Positions 13,137 to 25,601 of a stretch of 64,000 nucleotides of DNA are shown piece by piece (positions within the stretch are counted from its first letter, which is position 1; every line of letters begins with the position of its first letter). This DNA is from Azolla caroliniana (lineage: Eukaryota > Plantae > Polypodiophyta). The stretch spans positions 7,750,001 through 7,814,000 of the forward strand of contig JBHGNT010000001.1 of the NCBI GenBank assembly GCA_043228905.1, given 5' to 3'. Made by a program: the position numbers and the translations under genes. The notes below the pieces were generated by a model that saw only the letters and a list, made by a program, of their open reading frames with translations, was not told the DNA's origin and did no database searches.

Positions 13137-15239
13137 GGTGCGGTCGAGACTTTTGCGCGCGGATTCGAGAAACAAATTATCTCACACGTTGATATCAAAC
13201 TCCTAGCTTTGTTTACTTGATCTTTCTTGTCAAAAATTATCTCTCGTATTCAGATCGGACCACTCCTTGCATGGTTGTTGGCTCCATTCTTTGAAAAATT
13301 AATCTTCCATTTCCATACCCAACCCATGGTAACACGATTCGGAAATTATAAAGAATCGATTTTCTTTTGCAATAAACTAATGATTTGTCTCTCCCACTTG
13401 TCTTATGCTTAAAACTTGCTTGTGTTGTACATGTTGCTCTAAATCCTTCTAGTCCAGAACCCCGGCGGTTCCGTCTCATGATCTACACATAGTGACGGAT
13501 TTTCACGACAACGCCTCTTCTAGAACGACTGCCTTCTGAGCCAAGCCGCCTTCAGGGAGTGCACGGGCTCGCTGAACCGTGTTGGGTCTTGTGCGCCAAG
13601 GAGGGGAACTTGCCAACGAACCACCTAGCGTGCGGGCTCTTCGCAAGCGACAAAAGCCAACACCCACACATAGAGACATACCGGACCATGGAGCACTGAC
13701 AACCAACAAACAGGAGCTCATGGGAGGCATATACAGCTTGCACGCCGCTTGCCACAATTGAACACACCACCTACGCACGCACAGAGATGACACCGAAACC
13801 CTAACAGAAAAATAGAGACAACACACACACCAAGATGAAGAGAAGACAGAAATAGACGTTATACATAGAAGTTTATTAACACCAAAAATGGTTCTCACCC
13901 ATTGGGTCCCAAACAGTTTCGTTCCTTATTGTTCCCCACTTAATTATGTCGTGAAGATCCGTCACTACGAGCGGATCGTGAGGCGAAATCGTCGGGGTTC
14001 TGGATCGGAAGGACTCAAAGTACGCACTAGCTTTAGCGAGAAAGGATTTAAGATAGATTGACAAAGAGATTGAGATAAAATAGAACGCTTGACTTTAGAT
14101 TGAGAGAGATATTAAGATTTTAGGCTGGACTTTAGATTTGAAGAACAAGATTAAATACATCAATTGAATAATGAATTTTCTTCTTAATATTAATTTTGAT
14201 ATAAAGTACAAAGCTTGCTTGATAAAAAAATCCCCCTTTTGTTTGATTCCTCCACTCTTTTATAGATGCCGCCATGCATATGGTGCATGTGAGGGTGCAA
14301 GACATGCACGCAATGCATGCTTGCCATGTCATCATCTAAGCTCTCACACATGAGAATTTATATGTAAAAGTATAATGATAAAAATATAATCTCTAAAGAA
14401 ATGGTTTGGCTTAATGGTAAGCTTATTGCTTTTTATGTTGGAGGTATTAAGTCCGCATCCTGAGGTCGCCGAATGCCGGATGTCGGGTCACCAATTCCGT
14501 CATCGGATGGCATCACCGTTCGTTACTGGATCCGTCACCGGTTGTCGTTGCTTTTGGTTGGCCAAAACCTCACCGGATTGCCGGGTCACCGATCACTGAC
14601 TCCATCACTGGTTCCATCGTCGAGTCACCGGCTCCGTCGTCAGTTCTGTCATCGGTTCCATCCGATCGCCGATTGTTGATTGCCGGCTCCGTCTGATCGA
14701 CGGTTGCCGGCTCCATCCGGTCACCAATTGCGGAATGCATCCGATCGGCCGGTTTGAGTTTCTTCATGAGCCAGTTCGGGCACTTAGCCACGTCCGACGA
14801 CTTAGCCACATATGTCCATCTAGACAAAAGTGGCTCCAATCCAACTTTTTCTTATGTGCTCTTAAGACATAGATAAAATATGATGGATCTCAATCTGCTT
14901 ATATAGCTCGAGCCTAAACTCTTCCTATATATGTGGGATATTTCATAGTTTTATTTTTCTCTTTTTTTTCTTTTGCAAAACTTTATACCCACATAACTTG
15001 ACACTTAGATGTCCGTTTCTTATGTAGTAAAAAGTATTTGAAAGCTCTTGAAGACCTCCATCTTCCCGTACCAAGATATTAAGCTAATCTAAAATAGTAT
15101 CTTCATTATTATTGTTTCATGTCTCGTGTGAAGAACCACACTTGATTTTGTACGTTCCATGCAATTTTCACACCGTTGCCAAAAATCTTCACAACGTAAA
15201 GAATGTCTTTCTTCAAGAATAAGTAGAAGAGGAGGTCTT

Positions 15240-16216
15240 CATGATCTAACCACCCGAGTTTCAAATCGACCAACCACCCGACCATAGTTTGTTGACTCAA
15301 GAAGGCGTTGTATGGTTTCAAGCAAGCACCACGTGCTTGGCATTTGACGATTACTCAGTATCTTCATGAAATCAGCCTTCGAATGTCAAAATCGGACCTC
15401 ATCCCTTTATATAAGAAGCGATTCTAAAAGCCCGATTGCCATCATCCTGTACGTGGATGATCTAGTCATAAGAGGAGAGAATCTAGCCGACGACACGAAG
15501 GTCAAATCCCTCTTGTCCAGCATATTCGAAATGAAAGACATGCAAGAGCTCCATTACTTCCTCGACATAGAAGTAAATCGGACACTCGTTTGGATCATGA
15601 TCTCCCAATGGCACTACATCCTCAACTTGTTATACAAGTTTGGGATGACTGAGTGTCGACTGGGCCGACTACAACGTCTACCAACGATCGACTTCACGGT
15701 CTGTCTTCTCTCTCGACAATGGACCCATCTCATGGAGTAGCAAGAAGTCGCCGGCCATCGCACTTTCGAGCACGGAGGCTGAATATAGGGGCATGGTTGT
15801 GGTTGAATATGAAGCCGTATGGCTTAAGCAAATTCTGAAAGACCTTGGCGTCTCCATCAACGAGCTAGTCTTGATCTATTATGACAATTTTAGCCGCATC
15901 CATTTGGCTCGTAAGCCATTATTCCATGCTTGAACAACGGATATCGAGGTGCACTACCACTTCATTCGAGAACGTTTCATTGCAAGGGATGTCGATCTTC
16001 AACATATTAGTACCAATCTTCAAACCGTTGACATCGTCACGAAATCTTTGGGAATTGACAAGTTTCGATTGAGCTTGGTCTTTCGATCTACGACTTGCCG
16101 AGCTTGAGAGGGAGTGATAGCCGACCGGTGTTGTGATGTGGTGCACCGAACGTGGGAAAAGTCAATGAACAAGGGCCAAAATGTGTATGTGCAATGGACA
16201 TGCACACAAAGGCAAT
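15240..16216 (+). mobile_element. Degenerate Ty1/copia RT-RNase H remnant with PPT and LTR start
   Basis: KKALYGFKQAPRAW, IILYVDDLVI, ALSSTEAEY, FHARTTDIEVHYHFIRE, with stops and frameshifts. TTGAGAGGGAG-TG at ~16104-16116. Confidence 0.85.
15396..16216 (+). repeat. 821-bp direct repeat, left copy (right copy 25602-26422)
   Basis: Same sequence from ACCTCATCCC to CACAAAGGCAAT, with roughly a dozen substitutions counted by eye. Confidence 0.92.
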
Positions 16217-18423
16217 AATAACACAAAAGTCGATGAACAAGGATCCAAGTCATCTGTGGCTACTACCAAAATCAACAAAGGTAGTACGCAAGAGGAGAAA
16301 ACGGTTGACGTGAAATATAAGGATTACCCCGAACTTGAATGGTGTCTCTCTTATGTCAGGGAGGATGGGGTGCTGTTATTGATAACGGCAAAATTGGACG
16401 GGGAAGGGAAACTTCAGCTTGGAAAAACATTTAATTACGGGCATGTAACCAAGCTAGAGTACAAAGACATTGATTCTACATGTATTTTAATCGACGTCTC
16501 GAGCTCAGTTGGCGACAGGCGATTGCGACTTGATGAGGGAAACCTAGTACCCGAATCTTGCAATCCCAAGGCTTTGCGTAAAGACCTGCAAACGAAAAAT
16601 AACTTGTTGGTAGCACTTCGGCCGTACGTGACAGGAGAGATGATGACCGGTGAAGCAGAAACTCCACCGAAAAAGTCTAGGAAGACAAATCCTGTTCAAA
16701 AGAAATATACTAAACGACCACGACCCGAAGAAGAAGAAGAAGAAATATTAGAGTTCGTGGAAGAAGAAGATGACCAACAAGTCGACGTCGTGGCTCCAGG
16801 CGGACAACTATCTTCTGGTGTCCTGACGTCAGAACAAAATAAAATAAGAGAAAATATTGTGAAGACTAAACTTGTGCGCAGGGGCCAACTATTTCATTTG
16901 CCCATTACTTCTATCCAAAGGCCCCCCATTGACCCCGTGATTGGAAGACGTCCCTTGGAAATTAGGGAGCCGCACTCCGTCCATGTCCAAAACCTGAAAA
17001 GCAAAATGAAAATCAATCCTCACGCTACTATGGTGCCATTTTTGGTAATGGTTGATCAAGAACAATGCCCAACAGTAGCAGATTTCAAGTATAGCTCTGC
17101 AGACGATTACACATACTATGTAATCGGAGGATCACATTCGGCCGAAGCTCGACGACAGCTTGTCAAAGAATATCCTCTCACGCCGTTCTTCAAATACGCC
17201 AAATGTAAGGTATATGCAGGACTAACTCACGAGGAGGCGAAGTTGCTCGCATGGGACCATAACAATGACAACGATTATAGGCAAAAGATGTCATGTATAG
17301 AGAGGATAAGTTTTTTTCATCATGAATACCTCGATGCCTTGAATCGTTTTGGTCCAAGATTGTGGCCTGGATTGCGACGCCAGTGTTTATTGGAAGTAGG
17401 GATTGCAGTGGATGAGAGTATGAAATCCGAAGGTCTCCGAAAATATGATTCTTGGTTTCAACTAACTTTTCGGACCGGAGAGGTGTGGGATCTCCAAGAC
17501 AAAATATTCTCTATGTGGGAGCGGAAAGAAGTCAAGGGGCAAAGATAAAAAAAGGGAAGAATTGATCCACAAGTTGAGATGAAATCAAAGACCAAGGGAA
17601 AAAGCGACTTGGTAATCGAGGAGTTACCAGAGGACATGAAACTTTTACCTTGGAGATCATTACAAGGTATCAAAGATGATAGATTGTTAATATCCGTGCT
17701 ATCTCGATTGGTCGCCAAGGAATTTAGTTTGGACGAGTTGGTAACAGACTTGCAAAAGTAAGTGTTTATAGTATACCTTTTCATGAAAGTCTTCAATTAT
17801 TTTGAATATCTTATTTCTAATTTCATATTGATTGTGCAGTCACAAGGTATACATGAAGATTCAGGAGTTGATGATGCAAAAACTGAGTTTACCGACATGG
17901 GAAGAAGTTGAACAAGCTTGCCCGATAACTTCTTCCTACAAGGCATTGGAGGAATATTTTATTGTATTTAGAGAATGGGTATGTGTCTTTTGAATGTTGA
18001 TATGTTAGAAAGTAATGTTCCCTGCTAACAACAATGACACTTGCAGAAACCATCAAAATCGAAAAAGAACAACGACAATAATGACGGTATTCCAGCGGCC
18101 TTCATTACGCACTTAGAACGTGCGAAATATGAGAAGAGAATGACCAAAGGGAAGGAAATGGAACTGCCCGAGGATTCGGAGACTGTAAAGAGTTTTTTGC
18201 ATAGGTCCGATCCTTTCAAACAGCTTCATTATAGTGTTTTCAATGGCGAAGTATCCCAGATGCTCGAACTGTTACCGAGAAGGCACTACACTTTGCTGAT
18301 AGCTGACATACCATATGGTTTCCGTATTGCGGGATCAACATATGATGATGTGCCTTTCAAGTACCCTCAGATCAAGAAAATGGTAAAGGATTTCGCAGAA
18401 CTGACATTGGCCCCCTTGTGGAG

Positions 18424-19091
18424 TGTTGGGATTACGGTCCCTCCGGATGGGATGGTCGAATGCTACGGAGCCGGATGATGAAGACCCCGGTTACGGAGCC
18501 GGATGATGAAGACCCCGGTTACGGAGCCGGATGATGAAGACCCCGGTTACGGAGCCGGATGATGAAGACCCCGGTTACGGAGCCGGATGATGAAGATCCC
18601 GGCTACGGAGCCGGATGATGAATGTACCCGAAGAGAGATCCGGATGCGGGGACATATTTGTGAATATGTTTGCCAAGGGCCCTTGAGGCTATATTTGTAA
18701 ATAGCCCGAAAGTCATATGTGTATAAATATGACTTAGGGCAAACAGTTTATGTTGTTGCTCATTTTTCTGTTTTTCACTTAGAGGGAGTGAAGTGAGCAG
18801 CCGAGAGAGAGAGAGAGAGAGAGAGACGAAGAGGTCGTTGCCTCTGTGTATTGCCGCCGCCTGTGGCGAAGACAGTGAGCACAAGGTTGTTGCCTTGTAG
18901 CTTCACCATTGTACATCCCTGTTCATAGTGATGGTTGGAGTCTGAGAACTCCCGTGGTTTTTCCCATTTAGGGTTTTCCACGTAAAATATTATGTGTACT
19001 CTCTCTTTCTATTGTCTCGTGCATTCTGTATTTCCTGTTTTCTAAGTGTTGATCCTATTCCTCGGCTGTGGCCGAGCACTGTTTTACAACA
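18424..19091 (+). repeat. 5' LTR (668 bp) with five full 28-bp minisatellite units plus a partial unit
   Basis: TACGGAGCCGGATGATGAAGACCCCGGT tandem units from 18464; (AG)n tract. Confidence 0.95.
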
Positions 19092-19094
19092 AAG

Positions 19095-19106
19095 TGGTAT
19101 CAGAGC
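19095..19106 (+). promoter_or_regulatory. Primer-binding site complementary to initiator tRNA-Met
   Basis: TGGTATCAGAGC 3 bp after the 5' LTR; the standard plant copia PBS. Confidence 0.93.
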
Positions 19107-19122
19107 GACGGTAACACAGAAA

Positions 19123-22100
19123 ATGGAAGGCGGCGGTAGTGGGCCTCCGGGCATGATGGTGTTGAACTCACAGAACTACGCCGACTGGAAGATAAAGATG
19201 GAAGACCTTCTCATCGTCCGAGACCTGTATGAACCGATCGACAATGCCGAGATACCCAAGGGGGTAATAGAGTCGGAGTGGAAGCTCCTCAACCGGAAAG
19301 CCGTAGCGACGATCCGGCAATATGTCGATGTAAGCGTTCTACAACATGTGGCGAATGACACCAACGCATATGAGATGTGGAAGAAGCTGTCGGGCCTCTA
19401 CGAGAGGAAGAATGCGTTGAACCGGACCTCCCTGATGAGGAAGATAGTGAACCTCAAGTACCGGGACGGCGAGAATATGGTTGAACACGTGAGCACGTTC
19501 ATGGGATTCGTGAACCAGCTTGCGGCGATCAAGTTCCCGTTGGAGGATGCAATGCAAGCCATCATTCTGATGTGTACATTACCGGAAAGCTGGGAGAACT
19601 TGGTGGTGACTCTCAGCACCTCCTGCACCGAAGATAACTTGTCTCTACAAACGGTAAAGACAAGCATTTTGAACGAAGAAGCGCGTCGGAGAGATAAAGA
19701 ACCGGTTTCCGATCCGAAGATGCTGCTTACCGAATCGGAACGGGGAAGACAATGGAACCGGAGTCCGCAAAGACGGGAGAAGTCGGGGACCCAGTCGCAG
19801 TCAAGAGGAAGACCCACATGCTTCCACTATGGGAAGCCGGGGCACTTCCGGAAGAATTGTCGGCATTACCGAAAGGACAACGGAGCCGACGACACCGATT
19901 TGAAGAAGTCACCGGAGAGAAACGGTGCATACCGGGGAGCCACGGACCGGAGAGGTCCGGATCGGCGAGGGCAGGACCGGAAAGGAACGACGGCACTCAC
20001 GGCAAGTGAAGAAGAGATAATGCTCATTACCGAAGAGAGGGAGCTGAACCTTGCCGGTGTAGAGATGACCTGGGTGGTCGATTCCGGAGCGTCGTTCCAC
20101 CTGACCCCGGAGAAGAAATACTTCTCATCCTACACAGCCGGTGAGCACGGCTGTGTCCGGATGGGAAATGAAGGCACATGCCAGATTGCCGGCATAGGAG
20201 ACGTGTGGCTGATGACATCAACCGGATGCAAGATGCTGCTGAAGGATGTTCGACACGTTCCGGAGGTTCGATTGAACCTGATTTCGGCCGGGAGGCTAGA
20301 CGATGAAGGCTACACGGGTAGCATCCGGAACGGTGTCATGAAGTTCAGCAAAGGGAGCCTGATAGTGGCTCGGGCCCGGAAGATCAACACACTGTACCTG
20401 ATGAATTCCCGGCTATGTCCGGAGGAGCTGAACGTGGCAGCTGACACTGCCGGTGAGCTATGGCACAAGAGACTGTGCCACATGAGCGAGAAGGGGATGA
20501 AGAGGCTTGCCGAAGACAACCTGATACCGGTAAAGCATGTACACTTGGGGAAGTGTATCGACTGTCTGGCCGGTAAGCAAAACCGGACCTCCTTCCACTC
20601 AAGGCCACCGACGAGACGTAGTGCACCATTGGAGTTGGTGCACACTGACGTGTGTCAGGTAGAAACGAAGTCACATGGCGGAGCCCAGTACTTTGTAACA
20701 TTCATAGATGACCATAGCCGAAAGCTGTGGACGGCACCGTTGAAGACAAAGGACCAAGTATTGTCCGTCTTCAAAGAACTTCACGCGAGAGTGGAAAGGG
20801 AATCCGGCAAGAAGCTGAAAGCGATACGAGCGGATAACGGAGGGGAATACCGAGGGCAGTTCGCGGAGTACTGTCGCTCGAAGGGAATCCGGCTCGAGTT
20901 TACTATGCCGAAGACGCCGGAACTGAACGGGCTGGCCGAGAGGATGAACCGGACCATAATGGAGAGGGTCCGGAGTATGCTGGCACATGCGGAATTACCC
21001 AAGGGGTTTTGGGCTGAGGCGATGTCGACGGCGACATACGTGATAAACAGATCACCCTCAGTACCTTTGGACGGAGACACGCCGCAGAGAGTGTGGACCG
21101 GTAGGGAAGTATCCTACCGGCATCTGAAGGTGTTCGGGTGTCTCGCATATGTGCATGTGGCAAAGGACCGGAGAGGAAAGCTAGACCCAAAGACCCGGCC
21201 ATGCATATTCCTCGGTTACGGCGATGACGAGTTCGGCTACCGAGTATGGGACCCGGTCGACAAGAAGATATTCCGGAGTCGTGATATCATCTTCATGGAG
21301 AACAAGACACTCGCCGACTGGGAGTCGGAGAAGAAGATGAAGAGCTCCAAGTCGACCGGTGAGGATCAACTCTACGAGGAGCAGTCCCGACCGGCAAGGG
21401 ACCGGTTAGCACTCGAGGATCCGGCCGAAGACGGTGAAGAAACAGAACCGGCCGAAGAAGATGAAAATAATACCGGAACCGGCCCCGATCTCGAAATGGA
21501 TTCGGATAAAGAAGAATCGGAAGAACCGGTTACCGAAGCTCCGGAACGGAGATATCCTCTAAGAGAGAGAAGGGCCCCCCGGAGATTTCCGGAACCAGAG
21601 CACGTGCTGCTAACCGACGAGGGGGAGCCGGAGAGCTTTGAAGAAGCAAAGCTTGACACCCATAGCCGCAGGTGGTTAAGTGCCATGCAGGAGGAGATGG
21701 ATTCCCTGCATGAGAACCACACATATGAACTTGTGGAGTTGCCCAAAGGAAAGCGGGCACTCCGTAACAAGTGGGTGTTCAAGCTGAAACCGGGAGATGC
21801 CGGAAACCCCCCGAGATACAAAGCCAGGATCGTGGTGAAGGGGTTTCAGCAGAAAAAGGGCGTCGACTTCGACGAGATATTTGCCCCGGTAGTGAAGATG
21901 ACCTCCATCCGGACGGTGCTGAGCATAGCGGCAAGCATGGACCTCGAGGTAGAACAGATGGACGTGAAGACGGCATTCCTTCACGGTGACCTCGATGAAG
22001 AGATCTACATGCAGCAACCGGAAGGATTCGAGAAGAAAGGGAAGGAGCACCTGGTATGCCGGTTGAAGAAGAGCCTTTACGGACTGAAGCAGGCTCCCCG

Positions 22101-23196
22101 GCAATGGTACCGGAAGTTTGACTCTTTCATGACCGACGAAGGGTACCTCAAAACGCAGTCCGACCACTGCGTGTTTGTGAAGAAGTTCGAAGGAGGAGAC
22201 TTTCTAATACTCCTCCTGTACGTGGACGACATGTTGATCGTCGGACGGGACCAGGGCAAGATACGGATGCTGAAGAAAGCACTTCACCGAACCTTCTCAA
22301 TGAAGGACCTGGGTCCGGCGAGGCAAATACTAGGGATGCACATCATCCGGGACCGGAAGAAGAAGCAGTTGTGGCTGTCACAGGAGAAGTACGTGACAAA
22401 GGTACTTCACCGGTTCAACATGTCGGAAGCAAGACCGGTGGGGTCAACCCTCCCGGCAAACTGCAAGTTGTCCAGCAAGCAAAGCCCCAAGACAAAGGCT
22501 GAGAAAGAGGACATGATGAAAGTACCATATGCCTCTGCCGTCGGGAGCTTGATGTACGCAATGGTGTGTACAAGACCAGACATAGGATACGCAGTCGGAG
22601 TGGTGAGCCGGTACATGAGCAATCCTGGCAAAGAGCACTGGAACGCGGTCAAGTGGATACTCCGATACCTGAAGGGCACGGCAAACGTGTGCCTCCGATT
22701 CGGCTCCGGTAAGCCCGAACTCGACGGCTTTACCGATTCGGATATGTCGGCTGATGCAGATACCAGCCGGTCCACATCAGGGTATGTGATGACGTATGCA
22801 GGGGGAGCTGTTTCGTGGCAGTCGAGGTTGCAGAAGACGGTTGCGTTGTCAACCACGGAGGCGGAGTACATGGCGGCTGTTGAAGCCGGCAAGGAAATAA
22901 TATGGATGAAGGACTTCATTAGAGAGCTCGGTATCCGGCAGGAGGAGTACCGACTCTACTGTGACAGTTAGAGTGCCATCCACCTTGCGAAGAACGCGGC
23001 CTATCACTCCCGGACGAAGCACATCCAGCGAAGATATCACTGGATCCGGGAAAGGATAGAAGACCAGGAGTTCGTGCTGACGAAGATCCACACGGACGAG
23101 AACGGGTCAGACATGCTGACCAAAGTGCTCACACCCGACAAGCTGGAAGCGTGCCGGAAGAGGGTCGGACTGGAAAGACATCCCATACCGAAGTGA
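19123..23196 (+). CDS. Copia gag-pol polyprotein with a single premature stop at 22969-22971
   Basis: Zinc knuckle CFHYGKPGHFRKNC (second Cys mutated), protease WVVDSGAS, integrase HKRLCH..CIDC, VHTDV, RADNGGEY and NGLAER, RT LLYVDDML, RNase H. TAG replaces the Q of DSQSAIHL and the frame continues to TGA at 23194-23196. Confidence 0.95.
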
Positions 23197-23206
23197 AGGG
23201 GGAGTT

Positions 23207-23930
23207 TGTTGGGATTACGGTCCCTCCGGATGGGATGGTCGAATGCTACGGAGCCGGATGATGAAGACCCCGGTTACGGAGCCGGATGATGAAGACCCCG
23301 GTTACGGAGCCGGATGATGAAGACCCCGGTTACGGAGCCGGATGATGAAGATCCCGGCTACGGAGCCCGATGATGAAGACCCCGGTTACGGAGCCGGATG
23401 ATGAAGACCCCGGTTACGGAGCCGGATGATGAAGATCCCGGCTACGGAGCCGGATGATGAATGTACCCGGAGAGAGATCCGGATGCGGGGACATATTTGT
23501 GAATATGTTTGCCAAGGGCCCTTGAGGCTATATTTGTAAATAGCCCGAAAGTCATATGTGTATAAATATGACTTAGGGCAAACAGTTTATGTTGTTGCTC
23601 ATTTTTCTGTTTTTCACTTAGAGGGAGTGAAGTGAGCAGCCGAGAGAGAGAGAGAGAGAGAGAGACGAAGAGGTCGTTGCCTCTGTGTATTGCCGCCGCC
23701 TGTGGCGAAGACAGTGAGCACAAGGTTGTTGCCTTGTAGCTTCACCATTGTACATCCCTGTTCATAGTGATGGTTGGAGTCTGAGAACTCCCGTGGTTTT
23801 TCCCATTTAGGGTTTTCCACGTAAAATATTATGTGTACTCTCTCTTTCTATTGTCTCGTGCATTCTGTATTTCCTGTTTTCTAAGTGTTGATCCTATTCC
23901 TCGGCTGTGGCCGAGCACTGTTTTACAACA
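23207..23930 (+). repeat. 3' LTR (724 bp) with seven full 28-bp units plus a partial unit
   Basis: Same as the 5' LTR except for 56 extra bp of minisatellite and very few substitutions. Confidence 0.95.
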
Positions 23931-25601
23931 TGGAGGATAGTCATATTTCATAGCATGGGGCAATCACTGTCAGTCACAACAGCTTTGAAGTCCCGTTGTC
24001 ATGCCACTGAACACTTGCATTGGTGCGTTATAGTTCGCTTTTACTCATTACAGTACTTCTTATTATATGTACACATTTACACCTCTAATACTTGATTTTC
24101 TTTCTCTATAGGATAAAAACAAATATTACACGTAGCCCTGGCGATCGAATGGTTAATGCGGTCGAACATTTTTGTGTGGGCTACTATGATTCAATTACAA
24201 AGAAGAAGGCTAGAGCACATGTCAATGAGCGTAACGTGGTTAACTACATCATGTGCCCAGCCGTAACCAAAAAATTAAGACATGTGTCAGGGGATAAAAG
24301 TATGGTGAACCCTTATCAAAAACCTCAAAGATTGATCAACCGCCTCATAGAGCTCTTCTCGAATCCAGATGATTGGGTCCTAGACTTGTTCTCTGGCACA
24401 GGTATAATATATATATTTAATTTCAATCTTGTATATCAAGTTTAAGACGTTACTTCTTATATATACTTGTTTGTGTTCATGCGACCATTAGGTACAACGA
24501 CAACTTGTGCATTGAAGATGTTTAGAAACTGTGTTGCATTGGAGAAGGACCCTGCTCAAGTTAACTTCATCAAAATGAGGATCACAGGAATCTGGGACTG
24601 TCCAGATCAGGATCAAGAAGTCGGAGCAAAACACATCAACGAGACAGAGATGTTCCAGATGACTTCACGAGAACCAATGGAACCAATTGATGAAGAAGCA
24701 GGGGAGCTGGTGGACCTGGAAGATGTAGCACAGTTTGACCATACATCAGATTCGGGAGAGCTTGGAGATGACACGAATGAAAACAGTCTAGAATAATCAG
24801 CGCCAGAGGAGCCTGCTCTGCCTGATTTGCTTATAGATTGATGTAGATGGCGTAATGTAAAAATTGAGGATTTTGAGGCATAATGTTCACCATCACTTCA
24901 TATTATATTTGTATATGAGAACATCTGTAATTGTTTATCGTTTAATTAAATTCACCTGTTCATAATTTCCCTTTTAAATCATTATTGGAACCGTTGTTTG
25001 TATTTACATATAATTGGTCACCATGCTCTTCTTCAGTTTGAGATATTAACATGATATTGTAATTTCTCATTTCCGTTAGCATGACTGTATATGAAAAGGC
25101 GAATGTTTTTGATAATAAGAGGTTTTCAGTTACCTACGGTTCAAGTCTACTGGTTCCACATAGTATAAATGAATGTCGTACGTAATTGTTACTCTTACCA
25201 ATTACATTGTCATGAACTATATGACATTATACAATGAAACTATCGATATACCCGTCCAAGTGGGGTACTACTTTATTCCTAAACCCAAAACCACATATTT
25301 ATAATTACGATTTATGTAGTTTTACTCTACAATTTGAATATGGATACCAATTTTAGAACTTTATATTGAACCAAGTCTTCAATTGTGCTCCATGATATGC
25401 AAATTGACACGAATGTGGACACATATACAATTTAGTAATTGCTAGGTTTTTTTTGTTCTATATTTAACCATCAAGTCGCAAAAGGGGTACGCATGCATCA
25501 TATATTTTCGATATCAGGCTAAAATAGGGTACTTTTCTACATCTGGCCAACTATGCCAAAAGAGAATACGACATATTACCTGTTTCAAATGACCCGGTGT
25601 T

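Larger units (their letters stand above)
18424..23930 (+). mobile_element. Full-length, very young Ty1/copia LTR retrotransposon
   Basis: LTRs 18424-19091 and 23207-23930 (TG...CA, nearly identical). 5-bp TSD TGGAG at 18419-18423 and 23931-23935. PBS TGGTATCAGAGC at 19095-19106; PPT GAAGGGGGAG at 23195-23204. Domain order gag-PR-INT-RT-RH. Confidence 0.98.
16181..24796 (+). pseudogene. Intron-containing ParB/Srx-like domain + beta-class DNA N6-adenine/N4-cytosine methyltransferase fusion gene, disrupted. Exons ~16181-17757, 17840-17978, 18047-18423 joined to 23936-24022, 24112-24401, 24492-24796
   Basis: Four GT-AG introns keep a single frame (~925 codons). ParB-like MVPFLVMVD...YYVIGGSHSAEA...KVYAGLTHEEAKLLAWDHN. 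MTase motif IV YTLLIADIPYG, then WIKTN...VEHF, NPYQKPQRLINRLIELFSNPDDWVLDLFSGTGTT (motifs X/I) and RNCVALEKD (motif II). In-frame TAA at 17546-17548; copia insertion in exon 3. Confidence 0.85.

Noticed and set aside
12366-13220. Multiple ORFs of 60-170 aa on both strands
   Set aside because: Products of the CpG-rich tandem repeat.
18464-18622. 28-bp direct repeats resembling a CRISPR array (also 23247-23461)
   Set aside because: Units are head-to-tail with no unique spacers, lie inside LTRs, and there are no cas genes; this is a minisatellite.
19176-23091. Antisense and alternate-frame ORFs within the copia
   Set aside because: Shadow ORFs of a GC-rich gag-pol frame.
16181-24796. Bacterial or phage contamination as the source of the methyltransferase
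   Set aside because: The gene has four frame-preserving spliceosomal introns, a plant copia insertion with a TSD, and plant retroelement flanks.
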